NCBI GenBank assembly: GCA_030141605.1
Contig: JAQGDQ010000091.1
Location: 558,001-622,000 of the forward strand
From: Tubiluchus corallicola
Taxonomy: Eukaryota; Animalia; Priapulida
DNA: 64,000 nucleotides
Direction of reading: 5' to 3'
Within the stretch, counting starts at the first letter, position 1. Each line of letters opens with the position of its first letter. Below are positions 60,914 through 64,000 of this stretch, piece by piece. A model generated the notes under the pieces. The model made no database searches and was not told the origin of the DNA. It saw only the letters and a program-made list of their open reading frames with translations. The position numbers were made by a program, and so were the translations under genes.

Positions 60914-63900
60914 TGTGTTCCTTTGTGAGGTCATCACTTATTGCGCTCGCAGCAAATTTTCTCAGCTATTATTTAATTATCAGAAAAACTTTGGCATTAT
61001 TATCTGTGTTAAAATGTATATTTTTATTGTACTCCAAACATTGCAGGATGCGTTTCCTTTAAGAAATCCTTCATCCTTCAAAATTCAAAGGAGCAGAAAT
61101 ATCATTTAAGTGTAATTGAAAGTCTCTGTGTGGTACAATGCAATGAACGCGAGATTTCATGCATTGGAAAGTCAAGCTTTACCACAAAATACGGAGAATA
61201 AATTTTTAATATCCATGAAGCAGCGCCAGTGTATCAAGGGCTTTAGATACTCATGGTAAAAACAAATCTCTCAACAGATTTGATAGAAGGAAAACGAAAC
61301 CTCGTTAAGTATTAGTGCTGCTTCAAAAGTAAACGCTGACAATGTGCTGTTCTATCATAAACTATACATGAGTTTTCTAACATTTCAAAGTTATTGGATC
61401 ATCAGATGGTAGAATATAATGATAGAGTAAAATTATATTGTGAAATGGTGGATAACACACGGTTAATTCTATGTGTGGTATGTAGCTGATGTTTACTTTT
61501 CCTTTTACTTTTTGGCACTACTAGTACTCAAGTCCCTCAATTCAGTCTCCGTGTTGAGTCCGAGTCTTATTTCTGGAAACTGCATTGCGTTTACTGAGTC
61601 TAAGGAGAAGATTTTAAATCTCACAATGAAGCACAATTAATTTGACCAAAATTGAGATAAAAATCAAAACTCCGCTCTAGAATGCGTTTAAGCCACTCGC
61701 ACAATTTGGTACATTAAACTGAGTAAAAATGTCATAGTCCTTCTTGGGCGACAACGCATCTAGAAAAATATTGTAAGAAGAGAACGATACACCTGGCATT
61801 GTATAATGTAAACATCACGGTTCCGAAATGCAACGTTAGCATAATGATTTGCTCAATGAAGCATCTCCACAAAGCTGACTTAGTATTTCGATGCTCAAAG
61901 ACCTCCCATTTTTGTGCAAAATCATTGAGAAATCTGCGTCCCAAAATGGTAATGCGGCAGTTATGCAAAGAGATGAGATTTCTTAGTCAATTTATAACAT
62001 CTGACATGATACAGTACACTGGCGGTTTTGTGGTGTTTTTAGCATTTTTTAGCTTTTTGAATGTAATCATCCAAAAAATGCTTGCATCGGTTTGATGTGA
62101 CTGATGGACACCTGGGAATATCAAAACACTGACGGCGGTCTTTGAGAAATGATCTCGACTCGCAAAAATCCGCGATTCATTTAACAAAAATTTGAAAACC
62201 ACGAACAAGACTTTGCACTCTAATGGTAATTGATTTTTTGTTCGACTTCCATTTGCTGTGATAACCTTTCCCGTATTGTTTGCTAAGGTCAAGTAAACTG
62301 ATTATATTATACGGTGAAATACAGCGAAATGATATTAGTTAGAATAGATCCTTTATAACCCTGAGTAATGCGCACTAGCAGTGTGAGTTTTTATACTGAT
62401 ACTCTCATTTGTAAGAGGTATAAATGGGAAAATTACAAAATATTATTCCAAGTGTTGTAAAAACCGACTTGAACAGAATGCACGCACCATTAGGTTTAGT
62501 TCAGTATAATTGCTCATTCAAACACCCTACGTGTATGTTACCCATTTTAATACAATTTGGTGCAATATATTCCGATGTTCTGGCACGGTTAATGAGCTAT
62601 ATCTTTACTGGTATAGCGTGCTTTTTTTGTTATACTTTCACATTGTAAAATTGCCATTGTTTTTGCTACTACTGCTGCCCATAATGGCGGTAATGATGAT
62701 AATGATAAGGAGAAGGAGGACGAAGAAGACGACGACGACAATGATAATGACGATGACTTTTAAAGAAGTTAGTTATCGCATATAGGCAAAATTTTGTAGG
62801 CTTTATTATATCACATGCAAATTATATCCAAGACAGAACTGTTCATATACTACATGCTAGTTTATTTCTTAAGTATTGTTAGCATGTATACATGTAGTCT
62901 ATCGACCAGCCAAATTATAATAATAGATAAATAGATATGCTCGGCGATTGTGTTGTTATCAACTATAAAAAACATTTTTGCTTCGCACCTCACAAGTTAC
63001 GCATAAAATTAATTCAAGTATTTCACAAGAGCGTTTGAGCAGCTTCCCAATGTAAACCCATTAAATTTGCATAATGCGCGTTGCATGTTTTATGTAATAA
63101 ATTAAAAGTGTTGTAAAGCTCGGTCTTTTTGAAAAAAGGCCTACAAAATGCACTCTTGGCGAAGGAAATGATTTATTGCTTTTTATTGCGTTCCTTTCTC
63201 ACAAAAAGGTCTGACATTTTAGAAATGGTTATACGCGTGTTCGTTTTAGCCACATTTTTTCGCCTTATCAATGACCGAACACTAAAACAACCGTAAATTA
63301 TTTCCTGAAAGCTCTAATCAGCGTTTTATTTATCGCTATTACACTGCTCTCTGCGTTGGTAGCAGGTGCCATACCTTTTCACTTAAATTTTCTCTTTTGT
63401 GAGACAAACCTGTACTTTCTGTAAGAAATTTGTAACTCAGTTACGTGATTATACCTAACTCCATGTTTATAATAGTTGCTGCCAAGATTTCTAAAAGGGA
63501 AACAGATCTGTATAATACTTTTGGTTAGGGCATGCATGGGTTTACAGAACTAATATAGCGTATGACATCCAATGTAACCTTTTACTCGTGAGCCATTTGT
63601 GGTCTTGTCTCTTATCTTTTACTGCCGGCAAAACACATTCACATTATTCATATTGCAAATGAAAGTCAACACATAAATTTTATTGGGCTATACTGAGCAT
63701 TTTAACATAAATTGGTGTTACTCTGTTGGGCTTTCTGGGAACTCTGTAATAACTGGTAGAATAGTGGAAGGAACACGCAATTATAAAAGCTTTGAAATTA
63801 AAATTTGCAAAAACTTCACTTGTGGAAAAGTCAGAATTTCTATAGTTGAACTAGAAACAATTGAATTTAAAGTCAGATGTCATTTTACAATTATTTTATT

Positions 63901-64000
63901 TTATATTATATCTTAAATTGCCTATCATAATCGACCTCCAAAAACATTACAAATTGTTTTTAAAATATGATATTCATCTTTTTCTTTCTTCCTGTAACTG

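Noticed and set aside
61732-62292. Minus-strand ORFs with ITANGS and ILGRRFL, reminiscent of a retroviral protease
   Set aside because: No DTG/DSG motif, and the motifs are in different ORFs at the wrong spacing.

Overview
AT-rich (about one-third GC by eye) animal genomic DNA, probably invertebrate, with spliceosomal introns; the organism cannot be named from sequence alone. Host genes assembled by hand from GT-AG junctions with consistent phases: (1) the 3' half of DHRS1 (+, 750-6244); (2) a complete, apparently intact clan-2 (CYP2-like) cytochrome P450 (-, 22421-10318, 7 coding exons, 501 aa); (3) ICA1/ICA69 (+, 26706-35279, 13 coding exons, one an unusual 348-nt symmetric exon); (4) the first coding exon of an unidentified gene with a predicted dual-acylation N-terminus (+, 43861-44614). 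Introns and intergenic DNA carry hAT-, Merlin- and Tigger-like MITEs, a 3.9-kb long-TIR DNA element filled with a structured CT/GT satellite, a decayed LINE (Proto2-like), a tRNA-derived SINE, a perfect 79-bp-arm palindrome and long microsatellites. The most interesting item is a decayed Ty3/Gypsy element in P450 intron 2. It has no tRNA primer-binding site; instead the 16 nt after its short LTR are complementary (15/16) to a segment inside the LTR, a self-priming signature. Its RT also has Asn at the second Asp position of YxDD. Most ORFs in the supplied track are spurious (microsatellite translations or random intronic ORFs).
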